From Yuukianura sp. NJ FZ-2021 (Eukaryota), in NCBI GenBank assembly GCA_046563655.1, contig CM102289.1:8556001-8620000 (forward strand): DNA of 64,000 nucleotides. The letters are read 5' to 3'. Shown here piece by piece: positions 11,858-24,950 of this stretch. The translations under genes and the position numbers were made by a program. Each line of letters starts with the position of its first letter. Position 1 is the stretch's first letter. The notes below the pieces were generated by a model, which saw only the letters and a list, made by a program, of their open reading frames with translations, was not told the origin of the DNA and searched no databases.

Positions 11858-14555
11858 TTAGAACACAGTAGAAGGAATTTGATTACGAGCCATGAGATCA
11901 CTTGCCATACGTGTGAGTGCTTGGTCCAACTTCTGGATGATTGGATCCGTCCGGAGAACTTCTCCATTGCCAATCATTTTATCACGTTCGCCCACAAGCC
12001 GTGTAAGTTCAGCATCAATTTCTTCAGCACTCATCTTGGAAAGCTCACCAGGTTGCAAGTATTTCTTGTAGTCATTGACAATGGAAGAGAGGTTGGAACG
12101 AGAGCCTCTATTGGAAAGAAGTTGAGCACCGGAAGATCCATGACGATGAGTTCGTTTTGCAATTTTTTCAGTGAGGAGATTCGCCTCTTGGATGTTCGTG
12201 TCCTTCTCAGAGTAAGTTTTCGCCAACTCTTCAAGATTTTTGGCCAGTTCTGCCGCTGCCTCACGATCTTTGCGCAGATCCTTGCGTTCTTCGTTCAGAA
12301 AGATGTGGGCTCTGTAACATCAAAAAAGTTTGAGCTACTAAACTACTAAGCTACTAAACTTCTAACTAACTTCTAACTATGATGTTAAATTCTTACCTCA
12401 AAGCCTCGTTTTCATTGCATCGCAAAGTCTCGAGCTGACGCTGAAGCTTATCCACGCGTTCAGCCAATCGTTGAGCGCCATTTCTGTACGAATCTCGTTC
12501 ACGACGAACTTTGGTCAATTCGTTAGACAATGCTTCAGTCTAGAAATGAAAATTTTTGTAAATTGTAAACCAAGAATATGTTAACACATATTGCTTATTA
12601 TATCGCTTACCTTTTCCTCCAGTCGGACAAGTTTCCGTTCCAAAGTAATGTCAGGCCACTGAGATCTCATGGCATTCAACTCATCAATTTGATCTTCCCG
12701 CATAACAAGTTTGCCTTGAAGTGATTTGACCTTGGCATTCAGTCTCTCCGTTTCAGTCTGAGCAGATTCCAATTTTGCAGTTAGCAAGTCCAGATCGTTT
12801 CGGTGTTTCTCCTTCATCAAGTTCATCCGTACCTTCATCTCTTCGACGCGTTGATTCAGCCCGAACGTCGCCTTATTTGCAAATTCTTCCACCTAGAAAC
12901 AACGTAACAAATTCGTAGTGAGCCAATGACTGTAAGCACTATTTAGACTTTCTACTATACCTCTAGTTCACGCCGTCTCAAACTTGATTGCATTTCTTCC
13001 AAGTAAAGTTCCTTGGCTTCCAATTTTTCTTTCAATGCTGCTTGCTCCAGAGTGATGTTTCGTGTATTCTGCTCATGTTCTTCGTCCCGTTTATTCCAAT
13101 CCAACAGTTTCAAATAACCCCGCTGCTTTTCCTCCAGCTGTAAAAAAAAGTAACACGTATGGGTCATTTTGATTACAATAATTGAGAAGTATTCAGCATG
13201 GATATTTTTATGATTGAAAAATAGTCGACTAACCTCAACTTTAATTTTGATTATTTCATCATTGCTCAACTTGGCAAGATTATTCGGCAGTTGTTTCAGT
13301 ACTCTGGGGCTATCCTTCGTGTAAACTTCAACTGAAACGACACAAATATGTACGTTAAATTCGAAAAGGCAGAGCAAGCACTGATAATTGGTAAAAAATC
13401 TAAGTTACCATGGTCTCTTGAATGGCGACTGGCAGCCATTCCATCCAAAGTGTCTCCTGCTGCTGATGCTGATTCTTGAATTTGGTCAACGCTTGAGCCT
13501 GACTCAGATTCTTCTTCGTCACAGTAACCAGACTTTGGTTTATTTGGAATAACAGCTGATTCCCCCTGTCCCTCTCCCAAGCACCGTTGAATTTCTTCTC
13601 TTGCGTATTCAAGATCTTCGTTGTTGATTCGTTTCTGACGAGGAGATGCAACTGCTGCCATAGCAGCTTCTCGTGCAGAATCCTTCGAAATATCTTGACT
13701 GGCCGACGGTGGTTCGTCATCGTCAGCGTCCATTTTGGTTGGAATTCCATCTTCAATGTAAGCATCTTCCTCCATATTACGACTTTTGCGAATGTGATCA
13801 TCCGTTGGCTTATCTCCAACGAACTTATTCGGCTCTACGTTCATGTCAATGATCACTCGAAGTTCAGGAGTCGGTGGTCCAAGAATAAGTCCACTTGGTT
13901 CCGTATCATCGTGCAGAAGGATTTGCAACTGCCCCTTCAATGTGTCAATTCCAGTTTCTGTGAGGCTCTTCAAAGCTGCATATGTACGGCCAACCAATCG
14001 TGGTAGACCGTTCACCCCCACAGAGCGGAAGATGCGAAATTCGATAGTAGTGGTTTCGAGGAACTCATAAAACAGAGCTCCGTTGCACCGAATCCTACAA
14101 GTTGCCTTATCTCCAATGAACGTATGCCGAGTTTCCTTTTCGTTTGAGAGTTGAAACGGGTCGGAAGGAATGTCACATCCAAAGAGATTGAACTGAACCT
14201 GCCAGAACGAACTCTCTTGTTGCTTGACGTCGTGGAGTCTGCTTTCCAACTGTAAACAATCAAAGAAATGTAACGGAATTCCTGATGTTAATTCAGTGAT
14301 AATGAAAAAGTTTACCAATTGGAAGTACTCGCATGATACTAAGGTCGTGGCCAATATATAGCAGTCATCATCGGGAGACGGAGTTCCAAGTTCAAAATAT
14401 CCTGATTTCTCATTGACTCTCCAGTTAAATTTCGGAGGGGCTGCTGCCATCCGTCGTTTGTTTGGGCTTCTGGAACGGACGGGACCGATGTACTGCCTTT
14501 TCGGTTGTACTTTCTGTTGCGAAGATACCGTTGGCCTTGTAAGCCTGGACGACAT
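11858..14555 (-). CDS. CEP120: Centrosomal protein 120-like (one C2 domain plus coiled coil)
   Basis: VNEKSGYFELG..ILATTLV and QFNLFGCDIPSDPF..KATCRIR resemble the second C2 domain of CEP120. The long coiled coil ends LTRLVGERDKMI..DPIIQKLD, like the CEP120 C-terminus. Confidence 0.7.
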
Positions 14556-14702
14556 TGTTCCTTGATTCGTATCTCGTACGATTTTCCAATCTGATATGCT
14601 CTACATGTATAAAAATGGGAATACCAACGATCAAAAGCAAGCAAGAAGTTGTTCGACGTTAACTACACCGCAGATATACTCTAGTACCATGTACAGCGCC
14701 AT

Positions 14703-14713
14703 TGCGCATGCGC
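14703..14713. promoter_or_regulatory. NRF1/ewg-type palindrome between the divergent CEP120-like and galectin genes
   Basis: TGCGCATGCGC lies about 150 bp upstream of the CEP120-like ATG. Confidence 0.4.
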
Positions 14714-15462
14714 GGTGTGTGTATGGGTATAGTGTAGTTTCGAAAACGTTGCAAGATACTAAATACAAGATAAACATTACCGTTCTTAGACTGAGTACAC
14801 GAGTACAAGAAGACGTTGACGTATTAGATAACTGAAGCTCTGGTTATCGCAGTTGGTTGTTAAGCACTCGATTAGCGTTTAAGTAATCGATTGATACCGA
14901 TTTAATTGTAAACTGAACAAAACCATTCAGTGCATAACAAAACTACTTTACTAACCAAAATGTTTACTCCTTTTATTACTCACGCTGAGTTGCACAAAAG
15001 GTTACACACACACGGGATGGATTCACCACGGGCATAGCTGGGCAAATCCTGTGGATAATTTCTGTTCGTACATATTCGAAAAATTTATTCTACAAGCACT
15101 GGAAGGAAGCACTACTGGAAGCCTCTGCTGGAACTGGACTGGAACAAGTAAGTAACTCATAAAATAACATTGTCAAGCAATTGTTTGTGCAATTAAATTA
15201 GCTACTTTCCCCGAAATCGGGGTCAATGACGCGTTGAATCATTGTCGTTTCCTTTTCCGTGATTTCATTCATCAGTGAGAACAAGGAAACGTCAGTAGTG
15301 ACGTCAATTTAAGTTAATTGCCGTGACTGAGTAGCTGGTGTGAAGAGTTCAATCAATGAGTCACTGCTCACACCAACATTCACACGATTTGACTGTGTCG
15401 TTCACTTTTTTAGATCCCACTCGACTTGACACGTCCAGTCCAGTGGTCTCATCGCAATTGTA

Positions 15463-17694
15463 CAGTGATAGTTTTATGTTCTGGCCATGCAAATGAGCTT
15501 AATCTCAGCCACTCCTCCATTTCTCGGAACAAAACCCCCTCTCGGTTCGGAAATACTGGTCACCGTAAGGATCAACGACCGTCATTGGAACCGCACAGTG
15601 TAGGCATCCCGCTGTTTTAGTCACTACAATAAGGGCTGTGGCAACTGAAATTTTACCCCTTTTGCCAAACATAAAGCGGCTACGTAAGTTGACGTAGAGT
15701 AGCCACCGAGTAGCCACCAGCCGTTGTAGCCACTAAAAATCACGGATGCTTACACTCTGCGGATACAGTGACGGTCACTACACCTTACCCCAACCCAAAT
15801 ACTCGTTCATTCTGTCGGAAAGTTAGATTCAGTGGAGTGTTGCGCCTACCAGAAGTTGTATTAAAACATTAGTTTTGAAATATTAATTATTAATTAAGCT
15901 TTACGGATAGTGTAAAGGTGAATTTATTGCCTTAAAATAACAAATTGTAAACAACAGTAATCGGCTTTACATTGACATTTGACCAAGAAACACATGGAAA
16001 TGGAAAAAATATGCAGAATATGGAGGGGTAGCAAGCACATTATTTTAAATGTTCGAAATGACTCCCATTTTCCTGAAGACAAAGTTGTAAACGTTTACGG
16101 AAATCGTCTCTTACATTTCTGAGTTTTTCAGGCGTAACGTGCACATGAAAAAATCGTCAATTCGTCGCATTAAGTCCAACGCAGTGGCAGGTCTTGGCGG
16201 TAAAAAAATATTCCCTCTCATTGTCCCAAACGCAAAATAATCAAGTGGCGAAAAATCTGGGCTACGAGCTGGCCAATGAAACCAACCGGCACGTCCAATC
16301 CACCTTTGGGGAAAAGTCTGATCTAGGTAGTTTCGTACAATTAATGAAAAATGCGGCCCACAACCGTCCTGTTGGTAAATGATGTCAGCATGTGGAATGT
16401 TTTGACGTGTTGCTGAAGCCAAAATTGCAGGCACAATTTGTTGTTGTAGCATGGTCAGGTACATTTGTCCCGTCAAATTCCCGTTGAAATATATTGGTCC
16501 AATCACCTCGTCACCAAAAAGACCAACCCACAGGTTCACTTTTCCGGCCGATTGAGTTTTAACTAAAATCAGAAGAAAAAAAAAATCATGGCATCAATAC
16601 CCCACCATAGTTTTCACTAATTAGTTATGGAGGGGATTTTTTTTGCAAAACACAACTATTCCTTTTTAAGTCACCTTTTTTTAAAAGTCTAACCTGGGAC
16701 ATTCCAATGCGGATTCGTATCCGAGCAGTATCTATAGTTTTGCCGATTAACAGTTCCGTCCAGTTTTACAGTTGCTTCGTCGGTGAAGACGATGTTTTTC
16801 GCATAGTCAGGTATTCCGTTTAGCATTGGAAGCCAAATTCTTGCAAACCAGGCTCTGTCAGGATAGTCCGTAAATTTTAGGAGTTGATGGACTCTAGGTT
16901 TGTAGGACTTCCAGTTGTACTGATTTTTCACCTTCATAACAGACGTTTGCGAAACACCCATATCACGAGCAACTTGGTTGGTTGAAATATGAGGATCAGC
17001 CGCAAAAGCCCCAAGAATCCCTATTGCCGAGTTTTCGTCTGTCGCTGTTTTTGGTCTTCCAGATTTTCGACGGTTTTTAGTGTTACCCAGTTCAGAGAAT
17101 CGTTTAAGAATTCGGTTCACATCTTTTGGATGCTCCATAGGTCGATTTTGCGAGATAGGATTTTGATTGTATTTGTGCATGAGCTCGGTACTGGTTTCAT
17201 CTTTGTACTCCAACCGAAGATTAATTATGCAAAGGCGCTGCTCTTCCGAGTAATGGACAGGCATACCTTAACTGCCAAAACAAAATATAATAGTAGCCAT
17301 TAGCAAATAACTTTTTTCGTTTTGCGACATAAATCCCCTCTCACAATGCAGTAGTACCAATAACTGAATTAGAAAACAATAGAAGTGGCTCACTCACCTT
17401 AATTGAAGTTATTCTCGCTCAATTCACGTGCAGATCACTTTTTAATTGTCGTACGGCAACTTAATTCAATAATATTTAGTGTTTAACTAGTGAACTTTTA
17501 CTAGAAAACAGCAGAGCAAAACTGATAGCCAAGAAGCAAAGAAAAAGCGTCGGTTGACTTTTATTTGCCGCGCTAACTTCTTAACCGAAACAAACTTTCG
17601 GCGGGAAACAACATCGATGGGGAGTTTTTCCGAGACATGGAGGAGTGGCTTAGATTAAGCTCATTTGCATGGCCAGAACATAAAACTATCACTG
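15463..17694 (-). mobile_element. Full-length Tc1/mariner DNA transposon, DD41D (rosa) family, 2232 bp
   Basis: TA target duplication at 15461-62 and 17695-96. TIRs start CAGTGATAGTTTTATGTTCTGG, are perfect for 43 bp and extend to ~67 bp with 2 mismatches. The element encodes a transposase. Confidence 0.95.
16040..17264 (-). CDS. DD41D transposase, split by an intron, with an apparent 1-nt frameshift near the C-terminus
   Basis: N-terminal HTH with SGRPK; catalytic motifs VFTDEA, QQDGCGPH and SPDFSPLDY (41 residues between D2 and D3). Intron 16693-16563. Adding one T to the run near 16150 restores the canonical tail RLQLCLQENGSHFEHLK*. Confidence 0.88.
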
Positions 17695-17735
17695 TATTCT
17701 ACTCAACGGATTACTAATCGCCTGTGGAATTATCA

Positions 17736-19385
17736 ATGGAACCACCAATTTTAAATCCGGTAATACAGAAATTTATTTATTTATTATTCAGAATTCAATT
17801 TATTTGTGTGGTCAATGTTTTGGAATAGGCTGTTCCATATCTTGGGGTAATCAACCGAGGATTCCGTCCAGGCCAAATTGTTCGAGTACAGGGAAGGGTT
17901 AATCATAATTCACATGGGTAATCACAAAATACTGAATCACAAAGTACTGAATTTAAATCACGGTAAACCTAACCGTAGTGCTATTTCTCTGTTCTAGATT
18001 CAAAATTGAACTTCTAAGTGGTTCAGATCCAAACCATGATGATGTTGCCCTGCACTTGAATCCTCGTTTCTCAGAATCCGTAGTTATTCGGAATTCGCGA
18101 AGTTACTCATCATGGGGCACTGAAGAACGGCAAGGAAACACTTTCCCGTTTGCCAGAGGTCAAGTCTTCGAGGTTTTAATACTTTGTGAGCAGAACGATT
18201 TCAAGGCAAGGTCATTTGAACATTTCTGGTTCTAGAAGCCACAGTTCTCTGGAGATGTATTTTAACTGATTGTGATTGGTTTCTACTGCAGATTGCAATT
18301 AATGGTCAGCATTATGCGGAATTTACTCACAGAATTCCAGTTGAACGGATAACGCATTTAGCCGTAGATGGAGACATAACGATTTCCTTTATCCAGTTTG
18401 ATGGACCCTCAGATTCTCCGGTTGATACAATGTCTGCACCGCTGTCAAATCCAACAGAAGGCGTTGCCTCGGCCCCACCACTGCTTCAAGGGGGCCACTA
18501 CGGTGACCAGTATCCACCTCAGTATGGTTACGGCCAACAGCCTCCTCCCGGTGCCGGGTTTGTCCCACCTCCGTATCCTTCTGGTGGGGCAATGGGAGCC
18601 CCACCGTTTCCACCACAGCAACCCGGTTATATACCTCCTGGAGGCTACGTACCTCCACCTCCTCCAGGACAGTATTACCCTCCTCCTCCACAACAAGGGT
18701 ACCCGTATCAGGTAAGAAATCTGGCGTTGCGTATACTGTTACTTAAATCTTTAGAATTTTATTTACTTTGTAATTTTCTGCAGAGTCAGGGTCAGTACCC
18801 GCCGCCACAACAGCCCTATGGAGCTTATCCTCAACAACCTCATAAAAGCGGCGGTGGCTTGATGGACACCGCTGGGAAAATGTTAGCGGGAGTAGGATTG
18901 GCCGGAGTAGCAGTAAGAGTCTTCAACGTTTTTAAATCGAAAACTCTGGGTAAAATATGAGTTCTTGAATTTCTAGAGCAAAATTCCTGGCATGGGCGGA
19001 GGATCGAATAATCAAGGCTACGGTTACTCTGGCTACCCGAACCCGTATCAAAGTGGATACCACGGGTCTAGTAGTGGTGGCAGCGGGTTTCCCGGTGGAG
19101 CTATGGCGGGACTTGGAGCACTGGGCCTTGGCGGAGCACTGGCTGTAAAAGCAAAAAAAGATTTTTAAATAAACAATCTCGAATGTCGCAAATATAGTTT
19201 CATTTATCATTCTATAGGCCACGGTTCTCAAACCGAAGAAAATGAAAAAGATGAAAAAGAATAAGAAGATGCTCAAGTATGGCCTTCCACTGGCTGGAGT
19301 GGGGGTGGGAGGATATGCTTTGCATAAGGGCATGCATGGATTCCGGAGGTCAAGTAGCAGCAGTAGCAGTTCTTCGTCAGACTAA
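17736..19385 (+). CDS. Galectin: single CRD followed by a long Pro/Gly/Tyr/Gln tail
   Basis: CRD motifs HLNPRF, VIRNS, WGTEER, FPF..G..F, FTHRIP. The tail of PPQQPGYIPPGGY-type repeats ends KKMKKMKKNKK..SSSSSSSSSSD*. One GC-AG intron at 18206. Confidence 0.9.
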
Positions 19386-20025
19386 AACAGTATTCACAAG
19401 AAGCAAAGTTCCGGAAAAGCTATTTCCGAAAATCCTCCACTCTATCAAAGCAACTGAACAACAAAGATTTGACAACCGAAGTATTTTAATACACGTGCCT
19501 GAATCTCCCTATAACGTAAACATATTGGCAAATTTCGAACAGGGTGGTGCTGTTTGGAATTTGGGAAATTTTAGTTTAATAATTAACCTCTTGCATTACA
19601 TACAAATGCTAACGTTACAGACGATTCTCAACTTTGAGAACTTGGTATTTACAAAATGATGATAACGAATATTTAAAAAAAATAACGCAAAAGGCTGACA
19701 CTTGTAATCTCTGTACCAGGATTCTCAATTAACATGCAAAAGTATAACTAATAAATTAAAGTTAAACATGAACAAATTCCTATTTGTTTATTTTTATGTA
19801 ATTTATTAATTAAATTAAATTAAAGTTTACAGTTAATTTTCGAGAGATTGCGACGAATTCAGAGGATTAGTGACTTTTGGCGGGAAAAAATGTTTTGAAT
19901 GAACATGTGTTTTTTGTTATTGTTTTTTTTCTTTACACGTGTTTTCGCTTTCAAAACAAAGAATTTTGTCAACATTTTAATCATACAGTTAATTAAACTT
20001 ACAAGCAAGTCCTACTTTCCTTTAC

Positions 20026-21710
20026 ATGATTGCTATTGAAATGAGGTCATTTCTACTAGTGTCACACGCACGTACTTTAGCTTCCACTGCCTTTTCACAG
20101 CCAGTTATTTATCGATTACCAAGGAAGTCAGCGCTGTTTTACTCAACTTCACCTTCTCATCCGGTTTCTCCCGTAGATGATAAAGAGGATCGGTCAATTT
20201 TTAATAGAATCAAATGGAAACAACTTCTGGAAGATGACACGGTAATTGAAAACATTAAACGACGCCAGGAAACCGCGAATGTGGATAAACTGCGTCAGAT
20301 GTGGCGACAGCTGAAAGATCAAGATCAAGTAAGAAACCTCGGTCCTTCTGATGGTCGTTCACAGTTGGAGGAGGCGCTGGTCACTGAAGCTCTACGATTT
20401 CCAAACGATACACATCAGGCCGCAATTGATTGTGGAGACAAGCCAAAACTACTACGCGTAATTGGCCAACCATGTCCGACAGCTAAACCAAAGGACTTTC
20501 AAGAGGTAAATGTAACAAATTACAAAAGTTCTTTGATTGTAACGTTATAGTGGCCTCAATACTGTTGTCTCTGGTTTTTCAGTTGTGCGAATCCAGAGGA
20601 TATCTGAAACGGACTAACTTAGGCGATCTTGTGGGGTCAAGACCTTACGTTTTGAAGGTGAACCGATTGATTTTACTTTTTATACATACTGTTATTCAAA
20701 CGTTCAACTCATCGAATTGACCTTCTTCTTGTGTTACTAAATAGGGCTATCTGGCGGAACTGGAGCAGGCACTTATAAATTATACAGTGGAGGCTCTGGA
20801 AAATGAAGGATTTGAGTTCATTTCTGTTCCAGATTTTCTGTCCCCGCATGTCATTGAATCATGTGGATTTCCAGTTAAATCGGAGAGAACGATGGTAAGA
20901 CAAGATTAGTCAGATTAGTAATTGCTCAAGTTAACTAACTACATTCGGCCAAAATGAAACTCTAATAATCCAACTAATTGTCAACAGGTTTATGAAATTG
21001 AGACAGAAGAAGGGGAGCAACCGTTTTACTTATCCGGTACTTCCGAAATGGGCATTGCGGGATACCTTGAAAATCGGACATTCGAAGCCACTGAACTTCC
21101 GTTGAAGTTGGCCGCAGTCAGCCGCTGTTTCAGAGCCGAGATTTCAACGATGGAAGAAGAACGAGGGATATTCCGAGTCCATAATTTTTCAAAGGTTGAG
21201 ATGTTTTGTGTCACTAAAGGCGAAGGAACTGCAAGTGAAGAACTTCACGACTATATTTGTGCCCTCGAAGAAAAACTTTTCACTGGGCTTGGCCTACATT
21301 ACCAAGTTATGGAAATGTCACCAAACGACCTTGGTTCTCCAGCTTATCGAAAGTTTGACATCGAAGCATGGATGCCCGGAAGAAAACAGTTTGGCGAAAT
21401 CTCAAGTTGTAGTAACTGCACTGACTATCAATCTCGTCGTCTCAACATTCGGTACAAAGATAGCCCTGAAGATGATCCTAAGTTTGTCCATACGCTAAAC
21501 GGAACAGCTTGTGCCATTCCCAGAATGCTGATTGCTGTCATCGAGTCATGCCAAACTGAACATGGGGATATGCTGTTGCCAGATGTACTTCAGAAGCACA
21601 TGCATTCAAAATGGATCGTCAATCCGCCCAAATCTCAGGCTCCCACGTTCCTCAAAAGTCGAGGTCACCAAGATAAGATCCTACTTCACTATGACCCCTG
21701 GAGAGAGTAA
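20026..21710 (+). CDS. SARS2: Mitochondrial seryl-tRNA synthetase, 4 exons
   Basis: Presequence-like N-terminus; class II motifs LSGTSEM, CFRAE, GIFRVHNFSKVE, KFDIEAWMPGR, EISSCSNCTDYQSRRL and HTLNGTACAIPR. Confidence 0.93.
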
Positions 21711-21971
21711 GCTGTTCACTGATAGTGATTACTTCCAAGTACTCTATAAACTACACTGTATTCCGCTGAACTTTGACATACTAACTTAACTCTGAAGTTG
21801 TAGTTTATTGGTAAATGCTGTAAAATTACAATTCCCAATGCACATTTCCCATAATCATATTATTTCCATTAGTTTCAACATCACGATTAGTATGTTCAAT
21901 TACTTTTATGTCACAGTTAGCGTATCATCTAGCCTCCAAAACCATTTCCCCGAGTAAACATATTGATATTA

Positions 21972-22294
21972 CAGTAAAACCTCTCTTACAGCAACTTGCT
22001 CCGATTACTAAATTCTCTCGATTACATTGAATAGCTTTATCGGACCACCCGAAACCTCAACAATTATGAAAAGCTCCCTCCAAAAATTTAAGTTTCACCA
22101 GTGTTGGAGGAGATCCACTTTTTTTTGACGTTTCGTCCAGTGGATAACATATTTTATCCGGACGAAATGGCCGGATAAAATGGATGCTTCCACCTAATTC
22201 GATGTAGGTGGAAGATATATTTTCACCATCCGACAACACTCGTTTTATAGTGTTCCGCCAAGAAAAAACTGTTGCTATAAGAGAGGTTCTCCTG
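21972..22294. mobile_element. pogo/Tigger-type MITE, 323 bp
   Basis: 24-bp TIRs, CAGTAAAACCTCTCTTACAGCAAC versus CAGGAGAACCTCTCTTATAGCAAC, flanked by TA on both sides. Confidence 0.8.
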
Positions 22295-22534
22295 TAACTT
22301 ACGCTTACGACGATAAGTCATTTATGGCAAGCTTACGGTAATCAATTAACCTTCAGCTCCTCCCTGAGTTGAGTCTGGAGTCACTTGTTCTAAAATTCTA
22401 TTGGTTTACCTCAACCGAACAACCAAACGTACAAACTACAAAATTATATCACACATACTTCTCGTTTGTGTTAAATTATACTTCAGTACGTGCATTATCA
22501 TGCTACATTCAATTACTTTTAAGAAGTGCTTACG

Positions 22535-24950
22535 TTAACACGAAGGCATTCCGACACTTTCGTTATCTCTGGTGGGAAGTGGCGATCCTGTAGGATCGAT
22601 CAGCTCTAAATCCTCTAATGACAAGGAAGAGTGAGCAATTTGTGACAAATCAACAGAGTCCTTGATCCGGGCAGCCTGTAGTGTCTGTCCAGATTGTTCC
22701 CAAGGTCTTGATTTGGATCCGAGTGACTCTGAACTGGAACTGGAGTAGAATGAGTAGGAATCGGCTCGAAATTGGGATTTCTCGAACAAATTTCCTGTAA
22801 CGAAGTTAGTGATTAACAATAAATTATTCGATTTATCTCAATCAATAGCAAATTAATCGAATTGTCTTAATTTAGACTCTTACTGGAACTGCAAGGAGAA
22901 TCCTGGACAACTTCCCGCTTTTCCGAGGAGGACAAACTGAATGATGCTGATCGTATTCTTTTTGATGGTGGTGTGGAGGGACTCTCCGGACAAATTAGTC
23001 CAGCTATAAATCAGTATAAATTGACAAATTTACTAAATCACAGTTCCAGTTTCAATTTGAGCCATATTACATAAAACGTTGACGGGAGATCCAGTTCCAA
23101 AGCCGAGTCCCATTGTCATTGATAAAGGCGACATTGAGAAGCTGGAACTCCGAGACCGGGAGCCACTAAGGTGTCCCATGTCAAGCTGTCGGCGGCTTTT
23201 TAGAACACTGGAGCTTCCAGGGGACTTGAATTCTGGTTGGTGTAATGCACTCGTGGAAGCCCTAGGGGACATGAACAGGCTACGTGGAATGGAACGATTA
23301 GAACGAGAAGGAGATCGGCTGAAGTTGAACTTGGCAGTGGAGGTCAAGAGTCGCTTGATTTCTTCGCTTGGTTCCTGGGATGCTGTGAACAAGTTCCGTC
23401 TGACTTTCTTCGGATTTGGACCTAGAGAGATAACATACAGAACAGAAGTAGTAGACGACAAGACTCTTGTGACTTGTCATGTTCCATGTTTCCTTGCATA
23501 TACTTACATGATGACGATTGAGTATCAATTACTATGTCACTGGATTTAGTACGGCTAAACAAGTGCACCGATTCACGTGAGAAAGGCAGCATGGAGGACC
23601 TCCCTGGCCGACGTACAAGGATTTGACTATTACTGGAATTGCTAAATCTTGGTTGGACTCGGATGGCGTCGGTTCTGTAACGAAAAAAAAAACGTTTGAC
23701 AAATGACAAATTCTCCAGTGACCTTAAAAGTTTTCAATTTGCATGTTATACCTTGTCCTGCCAGCATCCTGAGACATGGAGATACTGCTTTGACTTTGTG
23801 ATTTCAGCAAAACATCTTTCCGCAACCGACTTCTGTCAACAGCACTGATAGGATCTCCCTTCCGCTCCGAACTTGGCCCAATCTTGGATCCCGACAACTT
23901 GCTTCCAGCATTCTGCAACGGAGTTGAGCAGCGGCTGGACTCTGAAACATGGCTGATGTCACCATCGACTGATCTCACACTCAAAGAACCCGGTGGTACC
24001 GGTGCTGCACTTGTCCTGAGGTTGTTCTTCAAAAACGTTTTCCAGCTAGGAAGTCCAGGAGCCATTGACATGTTCGACACAGGCTGAAGAACCTGACCGC
24101 CATGGAGATGCCGGAGTACTTTGAGAATTGAATTGGGATAACTCGAGCTCCTTGCTTCTTCAGTGTCATGCAGACCCCACATATCCACAAAATTCACCCT
24201 CATCTGATACGTCCGAGTGATCATTTCCAGAAAGGCTTTGGACACAAAGGCATTCAGAAACTGCTTCGAACTTGTGACGATGTCCAACTTCTCCGGAACG
24301 TCGTCCACAAAATGTTCCATCTCTGCAGTGTCTCCTGGAACACGAAAGAAGACATACAGTATGTTTCTGGTTGATTCATCTACGGAGTCAGTCAAAGGTG
24401 AAATAGAGTCAGAAGACTGGAGTGACGAAGAGGACTTGATCTTCGGCAGAACGTCAGAAGTAGGTGAAACAGTATGCCAATCAAAATCGGACACCATTCC
24501 TTTGAAAGCGGAGCTCATGAGGGTCATTCTGTTCGTGTCAGAGCAAGTTTCGTTTCCGTTGGAATGAAAATTACGAACTTCGGATTCCAGCGATTTCTCA
24601 AAGACTTCGAAAGAGTTGATGTCAAGTGGCATAAAGCTGCGTAGCTCCTTCATAGGATGGACATAAGTTGATGAATTGAAGTAGCGGTATGTAAACTGGA
24701 AATCCGTGGAGCTGAATTTACCGCGTTGAGTACCGTCTTTGGTAAGTTGCTCCAAGATAAACTCTTGTAACTGCTTTACTTTAGCCCGTAGTCGGGTATC
24801 AGTCGAAAAAGCATCAGTTGTACAGCTACTGACGCTGATCGTACTGAATCCATCGTCCATTGGCGAGTTTTCGTCGTTGAAAAAGTCATCTTCTTTTGGA
24901 TATCGTGGAAATCCATTCAAGTCAATCAGCAGGCCCACTTTTATTTTCAT
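22535..24950 (-). CDS. TICRR: Treslin/TICRR-like replication initiation factor (compact), 5 coding exons
   Basis: N-terminal vWA-like segment (KVGLLID, FTYRYFNSS, SFEVFEKSL, SDFDW), KKVRRNLF, CDK-type sites PESP and VVQDSP, and SFYS. All are recalled Treslin hallmarks. Confidence 0.7.

Noticed and set aside
11879..12349. Long antisense ORFs (also 13587-14006, 23079-23549, 53465-53845)
   Set aside because: Shadows of real genes on the opposite strand, with no motifs or splice support.
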